Notes: generated by a model not told the origin, from the letters alone. DNA of 64,000 bases from Camelus ferus (GCF_009834535.1 NC_045696.1:27840001-27904000); one strand, 5' to 3'; counted from the stretch's first letter, positions 13,681-26,962 are shown. A program made the numbers and translations.

Positions 13681-15677
13681 TAATACACAATTAATAAACA
13701 AAGAAAAATGAAACAAATAGGAATTTTTAAGAAAGATAATTTAGCCACCATGAGAAGTATTTGAGGGCTACTTTGCAGCCCTTCCTTTAGAAATACTTAC
13801 AATTCAGGGCTTTATATTCCTGAAAAAATTATCACATATTTCATTCTAAAAGAAGTACTATAAATAAGCTCAAATAAAAATGCCTGACAACTGTTCAAAA
13901 CAAAATATATATGAGTATAAAATGTATTCTCTAAATATGAAAGTGTATTTTGGCAATTGAATATTTACTCAGTAAAACACACACTTGAAGATAAGATTCT
14001 TTCTATTTAAAAAAGACTTTAAGTGTGCCATACATACTGGAGAAAAACATACCAAGTGTTTGTTACAAAGTGGCTAATGTCCTTGACTGCCTGATTTCAT
14101 TTTAAACATAAATCAAGCCCCTGAGTTCCTCAGCTTTGCCATCATGCTCAAATCATACAAACATGCACCATGGCCATTAATCAGCATTCTATAACTGAAG
14201 ATAGATTTCTCAAAATAAATTTTTAAAATATGGCTAGAGAACAGGAAAATATGTAATGTCTTCTATCCTGTGGAGATAAATCAGCTTTTGCTACTCTTTC
14301 CGTGCATCAAGCAATAAATTGCATAGTCAAAAGGTACAGAAGAAAGTAGAGACCCCATGATCCATTCTCTAGTCCTCACCAGTCCTTTGCTGAGGGCTCA
14401 TTCTTTGGGAATGATTCATATGACAACCCCAAAACAACAGACAAAATCTGCTTCTTTTCAATTCCTGCTGACAATGCAACAATGGAAATAACACAGCTCT
14501 CCGTGAAACAGAGGATCACAGATCTGGCCACACTTTTGTTTGCTTTGGTGGACTAGAACAATTTAAATTTTCTATACAATAAATGTAGACATAATAAGAA
14601 AAGCCAAGTTTGATTGTTCTGTTAGCTCATTTGTACAATTAAGAGGATTTAATCAAACGCACTTAATCAAAATTTTGTAAAACATAATATATGAGTTATT
14701 GGTTAAAATGTACCTTATTTTACAACAAAAACTGGTAGATTAATTACCACACTATCTCTTTTGTAAAATGAAAGCTACTTTATAAATTATCTTAGATCAA
14801 AGGAGTGAGACCTAGTTCACGTTTTACTTCAAGTGTAAATGTCTCATATAAGTGGCATCACCTGTATTAATACACATAGGCTCCTTCAGTGATGTGCTCT
14901 AATTTATATTGTCATCTTTTGAAACTGATGTTTGAAAAGGACAGTTGGCAGCTCTAGTAAGAAAACTCGTAAGGATTCAACCTTAATTCCTAATGTCAAT
15001 CTTATATACAGGCACAATTTAAATGTTTTAAATGAAAGACATTTTAAATTTGTTTACAATGAGTTTTCAAAAATACTGGCAGGATATTTGAGTCAAAGTA
15101 ATACTGAGGAGTTGTACTGAGGCAGAATTTCAAAATAAAACATTTGAAAGTCATAATAAAATTGTATGTACATAAAATCGATCTATAAATAATAATGTTT
15201 TATAACTCATAATCTTAAAAATATTCAGGATTGTGGATTTTTAGGGATAGAAAGGGCTAGAAAAGAAATCCAATACAATTTTACTTCTCTTATGAGAATC
15301 TTCTCTGTAACAGGTGGTTTACAGGTTTTACAGCTGACTCTCTCAAGGATAGATCACTCCATCATAATAATATTCCATGATTACAAATCCTTCCTTGCAT
15401 TTTGTCCAATGCTGTTTGCTTGTTGGTTCCAGTTCTCTTTTCTGGGCAATAAAATAATGTCTATGCTCTCTTCCACATGGTAAATCTTGAGAAGTTTCTA
15501 TAGTGTTATTTTCTCTGCAGTGAAGTCTTTATCCTGTTTCCTTAACCATTTCTCAAGTTACCAGGTAGCAGAACACTTTCCTGTTTGTACTAATCAAGGG
15601 TGTGAATATTCCTCTAATTACGTGGGGCCAGAACAAGCTAAATGTTTAATCATTGTTTATCATTTCCCTTAACAAGT

Positions 15678-15897
15678 AGAAGTCAGAAGACCTGGGTTCT
15701 GGAATGAGACCATCATTTTCTGTGGGGAATTAGCTTCTCCTTGTAAAATAGATACAATCATTTCTTATTCTTCAAAATATGTCAGCCCTGCCTAGTACAG
15801 AGATTCTGATGAATCAAATTTAAAATAAATACAGTTGAGGGTGCTTTGAAAATTGTAAAGCACTAAGAAGTGTAGAGTAAATATATTATTATTATTT
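15678..15897 (+). mobile_element. MIR SINE, degraded
   Basis: gaagtcagaagacctgggttctgg...gtgctttgaaaattgtaaagcacta...tattattattatt. Confidence 0.65.
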
Positions 15898-16204
15898 TCA
15901 GATTTCTCTTAAAGATTAATTTAGTCTTTTTCTTTATCATAGGTGGCTGAATATCTAGATTTTACTTATGGACTGTTGTCCACATGAGATATGATAATAC
16001 TAGTTATGCTCCAGTGTATACTAAGTCCCAAGCACCCTATTGGTGCTTGACCTACAGTGTTTTGTTTAATTCACACAGTCTTGTGGAGGTAGTACAATTA
16101 TCTCCATTTTACGTATTAGGGAATTCCCACCCTTTACTTATACAAGATTATATGCATATTCTTATGAAATTTCCCTTGTTTGTTTTGGATCACTGTTAAT
16201 TTGG

Positions 16205-16448
16205 ACCAAGGGACTTCAAATGTCTTTGACTGCAACTCACTATTTGTTAAAAATTGAGTAAACTTTCAGTAAATCTATATATTTTTATTTATAAATTATA
16301 TTTATTTGTACAAATGTATTAATATATACATTAGTAAAATTAAAAATTTTAAAGGATGATCTCAATTTAAATGAAAATTCTAAAATTTTCTCAGTGAGAT
16401 ATCCAATGTGTCTGTGGATTCTAGGCAATGTACTTTTAAAACATCCTT
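16205..16448. mobile_element. Probable old hAT-Charlie non-autonomous element
   Basis: Start caagggacttcaaatgtctttgactgcaactcac resembles Charlie MITE ends; AT-rich interior; family uncertain. Confidence 0.35.
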
Positions 16449-16463
16449 ACTATGCCTCTATAT

Positions 16464-16790
16464 CAGAGGTTCACAAACTAATTTTTTTGCTATTTTTTTA
16501 GCCTATTTTTGTACAGCCATGAACTCATAGTGGTTTTTATATGGTCAAATGGTTAGGAAAAAATCAAAGGAATAATACTATTTTGTAGGACATAAAAATG
16601 ATATGAAATTCAAATTTCATTGTTTATAAAGTTTTATTGGAACATAGTCCTACTCAACTTACTTTTCACTTTGTCTATGACTACTTTCATGTACAACTAC
16701 AGAGATGAATGCTTGTGACAAAGATTGTACAGCCCACAAACTTGAAATATTTATCATCTGGCATTTAAATGAAAAAGCTTACAATCTCTG
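16464..16790 (+). mobile_element. MER58B-like hAT-Charlie MITE
   Basis: TIRs cagagg...ctctg; internal atatgaaattcaaatttc and taaagttttattggaaca; 8-bp TSD remnant ctctatat/ctgtagat. Confidence 0.85.
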
Positions 16791-16844
16791 CTGTAGATCA
16801 GTTAATCTTACTTATATCAGAAGTATGGAGATAGTCACTGGAAA

Positions 16845-16985
16845 TACAATGGTGTGTAGTTAGAGAAATTGGCCTCAGAGTTTGAAACTTAGGTTATACC
16901 CCTAGTTCTGTCTCTTGCTAGCTACATGCCCCTTGGAAATGATCTTGTTTCTGGTCCTTTGATTCTGCATTTGTGAAATGATTCC
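16845..16985 (+). mobile_element. MIR fragment
   Basis: tggtgtgtagttagaga...cctagttctgtctcttgctagct...tgcatttgtgaaatg. Confidence 0.55.
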
Positions 16986-18176
16986 ATAGCATTGGGTGAG
17001 CCCTCTATGCTCCAATGTTCTTCAGTTTAATACTTCTGAAATGAGCCATGCATATACAAATATATCTGATGTGCATGCACTGCAATAAGAACCAGACATA
17101 CATGGTTTAAAGAGTCCTTCTAGACTTGATGGGATAACCAACTATAGTAATAATAAAAATAAATCTCAGCACTGATAATACAGTTGGCGTCATTTACTGC
17201 AGGCTAAGAAACACATTTTCAAACTGTTATGCTTGAAGGAACAGAACCGCAATTCAGGAAAACGAACACTTCAGCATAAATAAATTATGATCTCCAAGAC
17301 CATAAAAATGTTAATCCAGATTTAATGAGGAATTAAATACCCTAGAATTTACCATTAAATCAACAATTTGATCTTGATACTATAAAGTATTTCACCTTTT
17401 AGAGAGGCTTGCAAAAAATTTTGTCTAGGTTGCTATCTAGATTTATTTTATCCATTCAGTTTTGTTCTTGCTTGAAAAATAATCAAGACTAAAATAACTG
17501 TATAAGCAAGTACAGTATGAAACATAATATTAAATGCAAGCCATTTATAAGAAGCTTCCAATTTTTAAAAATAGGAATAAGTTCCTTGTCTTTTAAAATA
17601 TGCAGGTGTGCTAATTTCAACTTTCTGAATTATTCCTCTGGATTAATTTATTAACAGCGGCAACAACTATTGTAGACCTTCTTGTGGAAAGCATGTAATG
17701 GTGACTAAAAATATTTTCACCCGGAGCAGTTACAGCTTGTAAAAGTATTACAGGGAAAGAATGCCAAATAACAGAGGTAGATTTTCCAGATGCCTAGGAA
17801 ATCCCCCCTCTGTGTGAAAAACATTTGGAATCTAAATGAATTCTTTGAGGACAATAGGTTACCCGTTTCTCTCTTGCCTTAGACTCATTGTCTGACTAAA
17901 GTTTCTTGGTGATAATGAAGGAGTGTAACATTCTCAGACATTGAGATTGTGACACTATTTGTGTAGTGACCTAATTTCAGAAGAAAAAGGCATTAGTGTG
18001 CAGGTTCTAACAAATACTGACATACTTTAAAACATAAGGAGGCAGATATTTAATGCCAGATTTGTCCCAGAAGATCCAAGTTGTACTATTGCAACATCTA
18101 TATGAAGTATCAAAATTGAATCTTAAAAATGAGTATACCGATGGACAAATTAGTTAATGTCAAGAACAAATATTCT

Positions 18177-18481
18177 AGCAGACTCAAGAGACATAGAAAA
18201 CAAACTTATGGTTACCAGGGTGGGAAGGGGATGGGAACGAATAAATTGGGAGTTCGAGATTTGCAGATACTAACTACTATGTACAAAATAGATAAACAAC
18301 AAGTTTCTTCTGTGTAGCACAGGGAAGTATATTCAATATCTTGTAGTAACCTATAATGAAAAAGAATATGGAAATGAATATATGTATGTATATGTGTGTA
18401 TATATATATATATGTAACTGAAACATTATGCTGTACACCAGAAATTGACACATTGTAAACTGACTATACTTCAATACAAAG
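18177..18481 (+). mobile_element. 5'-truncated cetartiodactyl/camelid L1, 3' UTR only
   Basis: gacatagaaaacaaacttatggttacc...gctgtacaccagaaattgacacattgtaaactgactatacttcaata; TSD gaacaaatattct/gaaaaagtattct (11/13). Confidence 0.9.
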
Positions 18482-18528
18482 GAAAAAGTATTCTGTAGCT
18501 TGCTGTTGAACAATTCATTGCTTGACAT

Positions 18529-19028
18529 TGTAACAGAGAAGAACAAACCTGAATTCATGTTGAATGTATTCCTCTAGCTCTAAACTTGTGCTGTTTCCTG
18601 TGCTTAGTCATGCTGGTTCTGCACTTTTTGTAAAAGAATGTTGCCTATAGCCTGAAATACACATGATAGCCCATTCTCAGGGTTCTGATTTTTCCATTCA
18701 TACAAAGATAAAAAGTTGCAGAAAGGAGAATAGCATTTGTCTTGTTGGAGGTTTATAGGACCATTGTGACCAGACCTATGTGAACAACTGCAAGAATGAA
18801 GGATTCTAGCACCATGAAGTTTGCCATAACCAGTCACACTCCCTCCCCTTTTAGTATTAAGGAAGCTTGAATTCTAACTAAAGTAAGATGGTTCTTTGGT
18901 ACTCTGGTCCACCATCTTCTAGGTCTGCTGGCTTTCTGAATAAAGTCTCTACTCCTTGTCCTAATAACTTGTCTCTCGATTTATTGGCTTTTTCTATGGC
19001 AAGCAGTACAATCTTGGACTTGGTAACA
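18529..19028 (+). mobile_element. ERV1 solo LTR, MER41-like, 500 bp
   Basis: tgtaac...gtaaca termini; 4-bp TSD remnant acat/ccat; AATAAA at 18939-18944; aagatggttctttgg...ccaccatcttct...gtctgctggcttt motif typical of MER41-group LTRs. Confidence 0.8.
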
Positions 19029-19504
19029 CCATCAGACAACAGAACAGAGAATAAGGAGAAGAGAGAGCTAATAAAATCTCTGACTTCTAAAGTGAAAGCT
19101 CTTCCAGCAAGTTCTACACACAGCTTGAGGGTGCATCTTTACTTCTTTTCCACCTCTATAACCTTAGCCTCTGGGAGCATGACTGGCATGAAACAGACAC
19201 TCAGCAAACAGTTGCTGAATAAAAAAGGGGTGCAATGGTGTTGCTGCAACATTAAACTGGAGAACCTACACTATGTCAGTGTTTTGAAAATGGCCACATT
19301 CGCCATTTTGCCTTAAGTCATTTTCCCCAGTAGCAAAGATCCTGCTTGAATGAATTTATTCCTAAATAATTTTTGAGTATCCATCATTTGCAAGGACTTT
19401 TTTAGGCATTGGAGATAAGGCAATGAATCAAACATACTCTCTGACCTCATGGATCATGTACTCAAGTGGAGGAGGTCAAGACAAAGATAAAGAATAAAAC
19501 ACCA

Positions 19505-19705
19505 TAATATAAACTATGGACTTTGGGTAACAACAATGTGTCAATTAGGTTAATCAACTGTAACCAATGTACTTGGTGTTGGATATTAATAGTAGGGGAG
19601 GCTGGGCATATCTGGGAGCAGGGGGGTATATGGAAACCCTTTGTACTTTGCATACAATTTTGCTGTGAACCAAGAACTGCTTTAAAAAATAAAGTCTATT
19701 AAAAA
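19505..19705 (+). mobile_element. L1MC-type 3' end, inserted into an antisense L2 (~19345-19500)
   Basis: taaactatggactttgggt...caattttgctgtgaacc...aaaaataaagtctatt. Confidence 0.85.
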
Positions 19706-19989
19706 TTGTGTTGTTAGAATAGATGGTGATCAGAGGACTGGAGAAAAAGAAAACAGGTTAAGAAAGGAAGTACTAGGGGATATTTAAAAGGTACATTATG
19801 ATCACAAAAATTGCCTGAAAGTTTTTATATACTTTTCTTTCTATTTGGTTATTACTATTTTCTTACCTTTTTATCCCTATGCTATAAAATGTCTTTGATT
19901 TGAAGCACACACATTAGCTAAATTGATAGGACATAGCCCTATTAATTATCAAGCCTAAGATGACTGCCCATCACACAGTCCTCATTAAT

Positions 19990-20710
19990 GATCCAAAAGG
20001 TCCCACAAGATCTGTATCCCACCTGCCCCAAACTCCAGCCTCACCTATTGTCCCCAGCTCCATCCACTCACACTGTCCTCTGGACTTCTCCCCAACACAC
20101 CAAATCCTCCTACACTTCAGGCATTTGCCTTAGTTGTTTTTTATGTCTGGGATATTTTCATTTCATTTAAGCCATTTAAGCACCTAGAATCTGGAAATAA
20201 CTGTCTGGTTGAATCCTAACTCCATTACTAATAGCCTATGACCTTAGCCAAGTGGCTAGTCCTCTCTCTGCATCAGTTTCCTCATCTGTAAAATGGAGTT
20301 ATTACCTAGCTTACAGGTAGATTTTGAGAAGTAAATATGTTAATGGATGTAAAGCATTTAAATAGTGCTTAGCATATGGTAACATTTATATGAGCACTTC
20401 CAGATTGGTACACAATGCTTTCTTTCCCCTTCTTCAGGTCTTCACACAGAGGCTTACTGTGATCTTCTCATTTAATATTATAGCCTCCTATGTCACCCCC
20501 ACCCCCATTTCCACTTTTTATTGTGTTGCATAAGATCTATCACCATCTAACTTCTTTTTTTCTTTTTAATTTAGTTTAACTGTCTTCTACAACAAAAATA
20601 TTAGACCCATGAAGGCACGACTTCTGTCTGGGTGCTTGCTGTGTCCTGATAACAGTGCCTGTGTCAACAGTGGATGTTCCATAAATCTATATTTAATGAT
20701 GAGACAAATG
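19990..20710 (+). mobile_element. L2 3' region interrupted by a MIR
   Basis: L2 motifs on both sides of the MIR, ending ccatgaaggca...acagtgcctg...ataaatctatatttaatgatg. Confidence 0.65.
20168..20398 (+). mobile_element. MIR SINE nested in L2
   Basis: tgaccttagccaagtgg...ctctctgcatcagtttcctcatctgtaaaatgg. Confidence 0.85.
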
Positions 20711-22599
20711 TATGTATGCATGAGTCCACTCAGCAGAGAAGACCTGAAAACGTTCACAGAAATCTTTGGATCCAACAATCTTAGACCCAAAGATATGCTG
20801 GGAAACACTAATAGTTTTGGGGCATCCAAATAATTGCTTCAAATTTGAAACAAATCTTTAATTCACTTATTTTTTGCTACCTTAAAAAGAAAGTAAAACC
20901 GACTGTTTTCTCCTCTAACTGACTAAAGTTTCTGAGGAAGCTTTTATAAATTAAAAGTTAAAGAAACCATTTTGGAGGTATCAGAATTCAAAAGGTATTT
21001 AAGATCTTTAGGATCAACTCTCTAAGTATATTATTTGTATAATCATCTTCTACATGTGTATTGCATATCACAGCAACAAATATTTACTCAAGAGAATCAG
21101 ACCAGGGGATGAGAGTATCACATTGATACAGGAATGACCTAGGAATGGCTTACTCATAACCATAATCTACTTTACCAAAAAGTGTATAGAAGTATTTATT
21201 TAAACAAATTAAATATAAGCTAAATCATGCACTTACACTGCCCCATGATATGCTAAAATAGTTACTGCAACTTGCTCCGAAATTATAAAATAATAAAGAT
21301 AATTTATCACAGAGAAAATAAAATAAATCTTTATAACTATTTTAAAGGTTTTAATACAATCAAGGAACACTAAAATGTTTCTTTTCATCCTATTTTAAAA
21401 AATTATCTTTTCTAGTTAATAGTTTGGACAAATAGCTTATAAATTACAAGGAAATACTAGGCTATGATGTTAAATCAGCAAAAACTCGTAATAAAAATTT
21501 CATTGTACACTGCATGTATAAAAGTCAAAATCAGTTTTAATTACTAATTTGAATTGTCTTCAATATTTTACGATTTTAAAATTTATTGAATTTCTAGTCT
21601 TATCTAATTTGAAAATGTCAGTAAATGCTTGATGCTAAATTATTATTTGTTGATTTTTAAAATTTTGATTAAGTAACCTTAAATCAACATAGCAGCAAAT
21701 TTACTTATGAAATTCAGGAATGAATTATACAAATGACTACCTTCAAAGACTGCATGTAATTTTCTTTCGCCTCTGTCAAACAGAACCAGTCATGTTTTCA
21801 AAATAGATTTGCTTTCTCAAGAACAATTCTCAGGAATTTCATTCCTGAAGCTGCCTATTTGCTTCCTATCATATCACTTTATCTGACACAATATAATCAC
21901 TTTGCACAAATTAGTTGCCTGTTCTTGCCAGAAAATTGTTTAACCTAATTACCAGATTTAGAGTCAACGGTATAGTTCCAAGGTGTGCTTTAGTTTTTGG
22001 TTTAATGTAATTTAATAAACATGCTGAAGACCTTTAGTGGATGCAGTGTTAAGGTAAATGTGTGAATACAAAATTCTAAAACAGCCTGTCCTTGTTCCAA
22101 GGGAACCTGCTCTCCCTCTTTGTTAGGTTAGATATCAGCTCTGTGTGAAATCCTATCACCCAGAATAGTCGAGATCAGTTTTCTCCTTGTAAGTGATGAT
22201 GATAGTACCTATATTGAGCTGAAGTTCTTGGTTCTTGGTATTCAACACATAATAGTCAATTTTAGTGATCTCCCAGAGAAATTAAAAATATACCAAGAGT
22301 AAACATTTCAGAACTCTACAATATAATGAAACAAAATTTAAATAAATATTTTATCTTAAGTTAGTTATATTGGGAGGCAGTAAATAATTTCAATAATGTT
22401 ATCTTTTTTTTAATGTAATTCAAAGAGCTACTCTTTTGGGATTATCTCCTTAGTCAGAATGTGTTACCAAGAAAAAAACGAGTCAGTATCATCTCTAAAG
22501 GCACATCTTATTTTTGCCCCACAGATGGTGTTATCCTGTTTGATTGTTCACATCATTTATGATCCATATCACTGAATATCTCTTGGATTTTGGCAAAAA

Positions 22600-23308
22600 T
22601 TATGTTCACCATCGTGGAAAAAAATAGTAAGATCCCAAGTAATTTTCATATTGCTAGATTCACTGTTTAATTTTCAATCCTCGGATCGTTCCCTCCCCTT
22701 GATTTGTAGTCTTTACTTACAGGCCAGGACATTTCTCTCTCCTGGTTTTCTCTCCTACATCTCTCTATTCTTTTTTCAATCTCATTTGCTGGTCAACTTC
22801 TAAACATCCCTTGGACCTCCTCTTTTTTCTATCTCTGTACTTGCTACCTTGGCAATTTCCTCTGGTCCCATGAATTTAAATACCAGTGTTCTCTAATGTT
22901 TCTCAAGTTTATAGTATTTCTATTCAGATTTCTCACCTGAACTCCACACTGTAGTATCCAACTACCAACTTGGCATTTCCATTTGTATATCTAATAATCA
23001 CCTGAGTCTCAGCATAGTTAGCCTTTTCTCAATAAATGGTAACTCTGTTCTTCATGATGTTCAGGCTCCAAATTTTGAAATTAACCTTGCCTCCTCTCTT
23101 TCTCTCATCCTGCATACACCCCATCCAACAGCAAATATTACTGATTATATCCTCAAAATATGCCCAGACTCTCGATATTCTCCCACTAAAATATGAAGCT
23201 CTGTGAGGGCCAAGAAGTTTGTCTGTTCATTGTCATGTCCCCAACTGATGCCAGCACCCAACCCCTAGGAGGCACTCAAAAATTGTGCTAAATAAGTGGA
23301 TAAATAAG
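22600..23308 (+). mobile_element. L2 fragment with 3' end
   Basis: ctcacctgaactccacact...tatccaactacc; atgaagctctgtgagggc; taggaggcactcaaaaattgtgctaaataagtggataaataa. Confidence 0.75.
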
Positions 23309-23754
23309 CAAAAGTTTACAACTCACATAGTTAAAGATGATATCTTGATTCCTGTTTTGTATCATTACCACTCCAGCTGCCCTAGGTGTAAAATGACTCT
23401 TGTTTGTTGATAACCTTGAATTCCACTCCAGTAACTTGGATTTTATAATTTAATGACAGACTTATCTAATTCCAACACCATATATCTTGTCTCTATATTC
23501 CCTGCATCTTGGTGCCTCACACTTGGCAGGTGGGATGGCCTGTTTGTCCTGCTGGTCTTTTCAAGTCACTGGCTGTCCCCCCATCCAGTGTTTCTCACTT
23601 GAGTTTCTCAATATCACCTTATTCCAGTCTGGCTGGAATTTTCCCATCTTCTTATAGGATTTGCGTCTCTTGCACCTAGTTGCATCCCAAAAGAAAGTAT
23701 CTTCCTTACCCCCAAAAGACATGCTTGATTCTCTCTCTCTGGTCTTTTCACATT

Positions 23755-23845
23755 AAAAAAAAAAAGTTAATGGAGGTACTGAGGATTGAACCCAGGACCT
23801 CATACATGCTAAGCATGAGCTCCACCACTGAGCTATACCCCCTTT
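23755..23845 (-). mobile_element. tRNA-Ala(AGC)-derived short retroposon (Vic-1 head or tRNA pseudogene)
   Basis: 72-nt tRNA-Ala-like sequence at 23842-23771 with CpG-decay substitutions; lacks the Vic-1 3' tail. Confidence 0.8.
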
Positions 23846-24629
23846 CTTCTCTGCTGTCCTTTCCAGACCACTTCATACTGTTGTAATCCTCCCCAGCTAT
23901 GTTGCAAGATCTAAGTATGCAGAGTGCCTGACTCCCGCTTTTGGGATTTTTCACTTTTTCAGGTAAAAGCCATTTCAAGTGAACTTGGATCTTGATCTGA
24001 ATGAGGGAAGAGAGAACTTCTGGAGCTCAAAAATTCATGTTATCAGAAACAGGGAAATGTGAGATCTCTGGGTTCAAGTGGATATAACAAAGGCTTGTAG
24101 ACCATTCTAAGAGACTGGTAGACCCCTCTGAGTGGGCACCTAATGATGGCTTGCCTTAGCTCTCCTCATCTAAGGAGAGAGATAAAATAATTTCCCCTCT
24201 GAGGATGTTAAGACGAAAACTTCACTCAGGAATTTATCTTTGTACATTTTTTACTTTGTACCTCCTATTTTTTACAAGCTAAGGAACCAGTATTATTTTT
24301 TTTTCTTCTTAAAGACCAGGTCTTGTGAGGAAAATGTAGATACAAATAATTTTCATGGAATCTGTAAAGTGCTATGATTGAAATGTGTAGTGGAAGTTTA
24401 TTGGAGTTGGGCAGAGAGAGAAAAAAGTACGTGCAAACCCAAGAAAGCTAGCAAAAACCTGGTACTTCTGGGTCAATTCTAGAGTTCAACAGGGCTGATG
24501 GAGAATGAATGTGATTAGAGATAATACAAGAGTCAGGCAGATGTGATGAGGCAATTCATAAACAGACAAGCCAGAATGGCTCCCAGTACTTTATGGAATG
24601 CACAAATTCATTAGTCACTATATAAATAC

Positions 24630-24830
24630 CAAAAAAAATTCACCACATGAAATCATAATGCATCCATTCAGTTAACAAAATTTGGAAATGGGTAAGTCCA
24701 GGTGTTGGTGAGAGCCTGCAAAACCAAGAACTCTCATGAATTCCTCATGCATAGAGATGTGTGGAAATAAATCTGGCTGTACTGAATGAATTAGGTATGC
24801 ACTTAGCATGTCATGGGAATGCGATCTCTG
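24630..24830 (+). mobile_element. Old L1 (L1ME-like) ORF2 3' fragment
   Basis: ccacatgaaatcat...ccaggtgttggtgagagcctgcaaaaccaagaactctcat. Confidence 0.55.
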
Positions 24831-25379
24831 GTAGAAGTGTTTTTGCTACACAGGCTCAGGAAATGACTGCTTTAAAGAAGCCAAGAGTTGGTTGGATATG
24901 GGAGCTATGGCTATAAAATAATCAAACTAATGTCCGTGAATTACAAACCTGTTTCAGGAACAATTTAGATTTATTTGGACAGGCAACTGAGGCTTTGGTT
25001 TCTTATCTTGTTTCCATCTGACATTGTCTTTTGCCGTCACGTTCATTTCACATCTTAGCAGTTGTTATCTTATTCTCTCCATTCAGTTATTACCCAATGA
25101 GTCCCTCCCTGTGTCTCATTGCCTTACTGTAGTATTTACTCCAACTACCACACTTATACTAAACCTTAATCCCACTTATTTTTAACATTTCATTTCACAT
25201 ACTTATCCATTAAAATACTGATTAATATTTTTCTTGCAGTAATTCTTTGATTTCTTAAGTCAATTGTAAAAATAACATACCATTCCTACTTTATAATCTT
25301 AGAGGCTTCTTTTGTTATTTCTACTCATCTGAATTATAGTCCAGTATGTTAATTTTGATTCAATCAGCACAATGATCTG

Positions 25380-25850
25380 GTGGAAAATTTTAATCAGGAA
25401 AATTTTCCTGAAGTAGGTGAGATGGGAACAAACATTTAACATATGTTGAGGGGAATGAAAAAGGAAGGCATTCCAGTTGATGGGAGACTCAATGGCATGC
25501 AAATAAGTAGCATGGAAGAATGGAAAGTTGGCTGGATTTAGCTAGAGGGGAGAGCCAGTCTGTAGTGGAAAAAGATAAAATTAGAGAGGTACAAAAGTGC
25601 CAGTTGACAGAGGACCTTGAATTATAGGCCAAGAGTTTAGACTTGATATAGTAGCAGTAGCTGATTCTTGAACAGGAAGGTGATGTGATAAAAATGGCAT
25701 TTGCAGAAGATTATTTTAGCAGTTCACAAAGGAATAATTGTAGCAAAAGGAGACTGGAATTAGGGTCACCAGCAAAGAAGTGATTGAAACCTTTATGTGA
25801 ACAGAATAAGCCTGAAGTCATAGAAGAAGGGAGACAATGATGACTGTGTC
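25380..25850 (-). mobile_element. L2 fragment
   Basis: gaaggcattccag...; ccaagagtttagacttgat; ttgaacaggaaggtgatgtgata. Confidence 0.6.
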
Positions 25851-25869
25851 AGACACTATAAAGGAAAAG

Positions 25870-26050
25870 GTCGGTTCCTGAAACACTGATTTCAGAATCA
25901 CTTGGGATGTTTGTTAAGAATTCATATTCCTGTGATACATGCCAAAACTCTTTCATGTGATTCTTCCAAGAAGAGGAGTGGGAATGGGCACTTTAACAAA
26001 TTTTCTATGTAATTTTTTTTTCACATGAAAGTTTGAGAAGTTCTGCTCTA
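25870..26050. mobile_element. MER5-like hAT MITE
   Basis: tcagaatcacttgggatgtttgttaa...aaagtttgagaagttctgctctaga. Confidence 0.65.
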
Positions 26051-26174
26051 GAGGAAGAATTAAAAGAACATAGTAACTATGCTTGAGAGTGAAAAAGGGA
26101 GGAAAATATACAGTGATTACATGCAGCTCATCCAAGACCCAGGAAAAATGATAGAGCAATTAATAGAGAGAATG

Positions 26175-26962
26175 TTAATAGATTTTATTTTTAGAGGAAT
26201 TTTACCTTCACAGCAAAATTGTACCAAAGGTACAGAAAGTTCCCATAGACCTCCTGCCTCTATGCGTGCACAGCCTCCCCCATAATCAGCAGCCCCCACC
26301 AGAGGGGTGCATTTGTTCGAACTGATGACTCTACACCGACAAATCCTTACCATCCGAAGTCCATAGTTTACATTAGGGTGCACTTTTGCTGTTGTGCATT
26401 CTATGAGTTTGGAAACATCTATAATGACACGTATCCACCATTACTGTATCACACAGAGTAGCTTCACTGCCCTGTGCTCTACCCAACCATTCCTTCCTCC
26501 TCCTAAAGTCCTAGAAACCACTGATCTCATTACTGTCTCCATAGTTTTGCCTTTTCCCGAAGGTCATATAGTTGGAATCATACAGTATGGGGACTTTTCA
26601 GACTAACTTCTTTCACTTCACAATATGCATTTAAGGTTCATCCATGTCTTCTCATGGCTTGATAGTTCATTTCTCTTAGGTGCTGAATGTTATTCCATTG
26701 TTTGGACAGTTTATTTTACAGTTTATTTATTTAGTCACTTACTGAAGGACATCTCAACTGCTTCCAAATTTTGGCAGTTATGAATAAAGCTATTATAAAC
26801 ATCTGTGTGCAGGTTTTTGTTTGGACATAAGTTTTCAGCTCCTTTGAGAGTTGAAAGCATCACAATTGCTGGATTGTGGGATATGTTTAGTTTTTTAAGA
26901 AACCACCAAGCTGTCTTCCAAGGTGGCTGTATTCCCATTTTGCACTCCCATCAGCAATGAGT
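26175..26962 (-). mobile_element. L1MC-type 3' end (~0.8 kb)
   Basis: ttaatagattttatttttagag...ttcacagcaaaatt; aagtccatagtttacattaggg; ctataaacatctgtgtgcaggtttttgt; tgcactcccatcagcaatga. Confidence 0.9.

Noticed and set aside
18888..19316. Longest ORF in the window (142 aa)
   Set aside because: Runs through the LTR 3' end and an L2 tail; no domain or recognisable homology.
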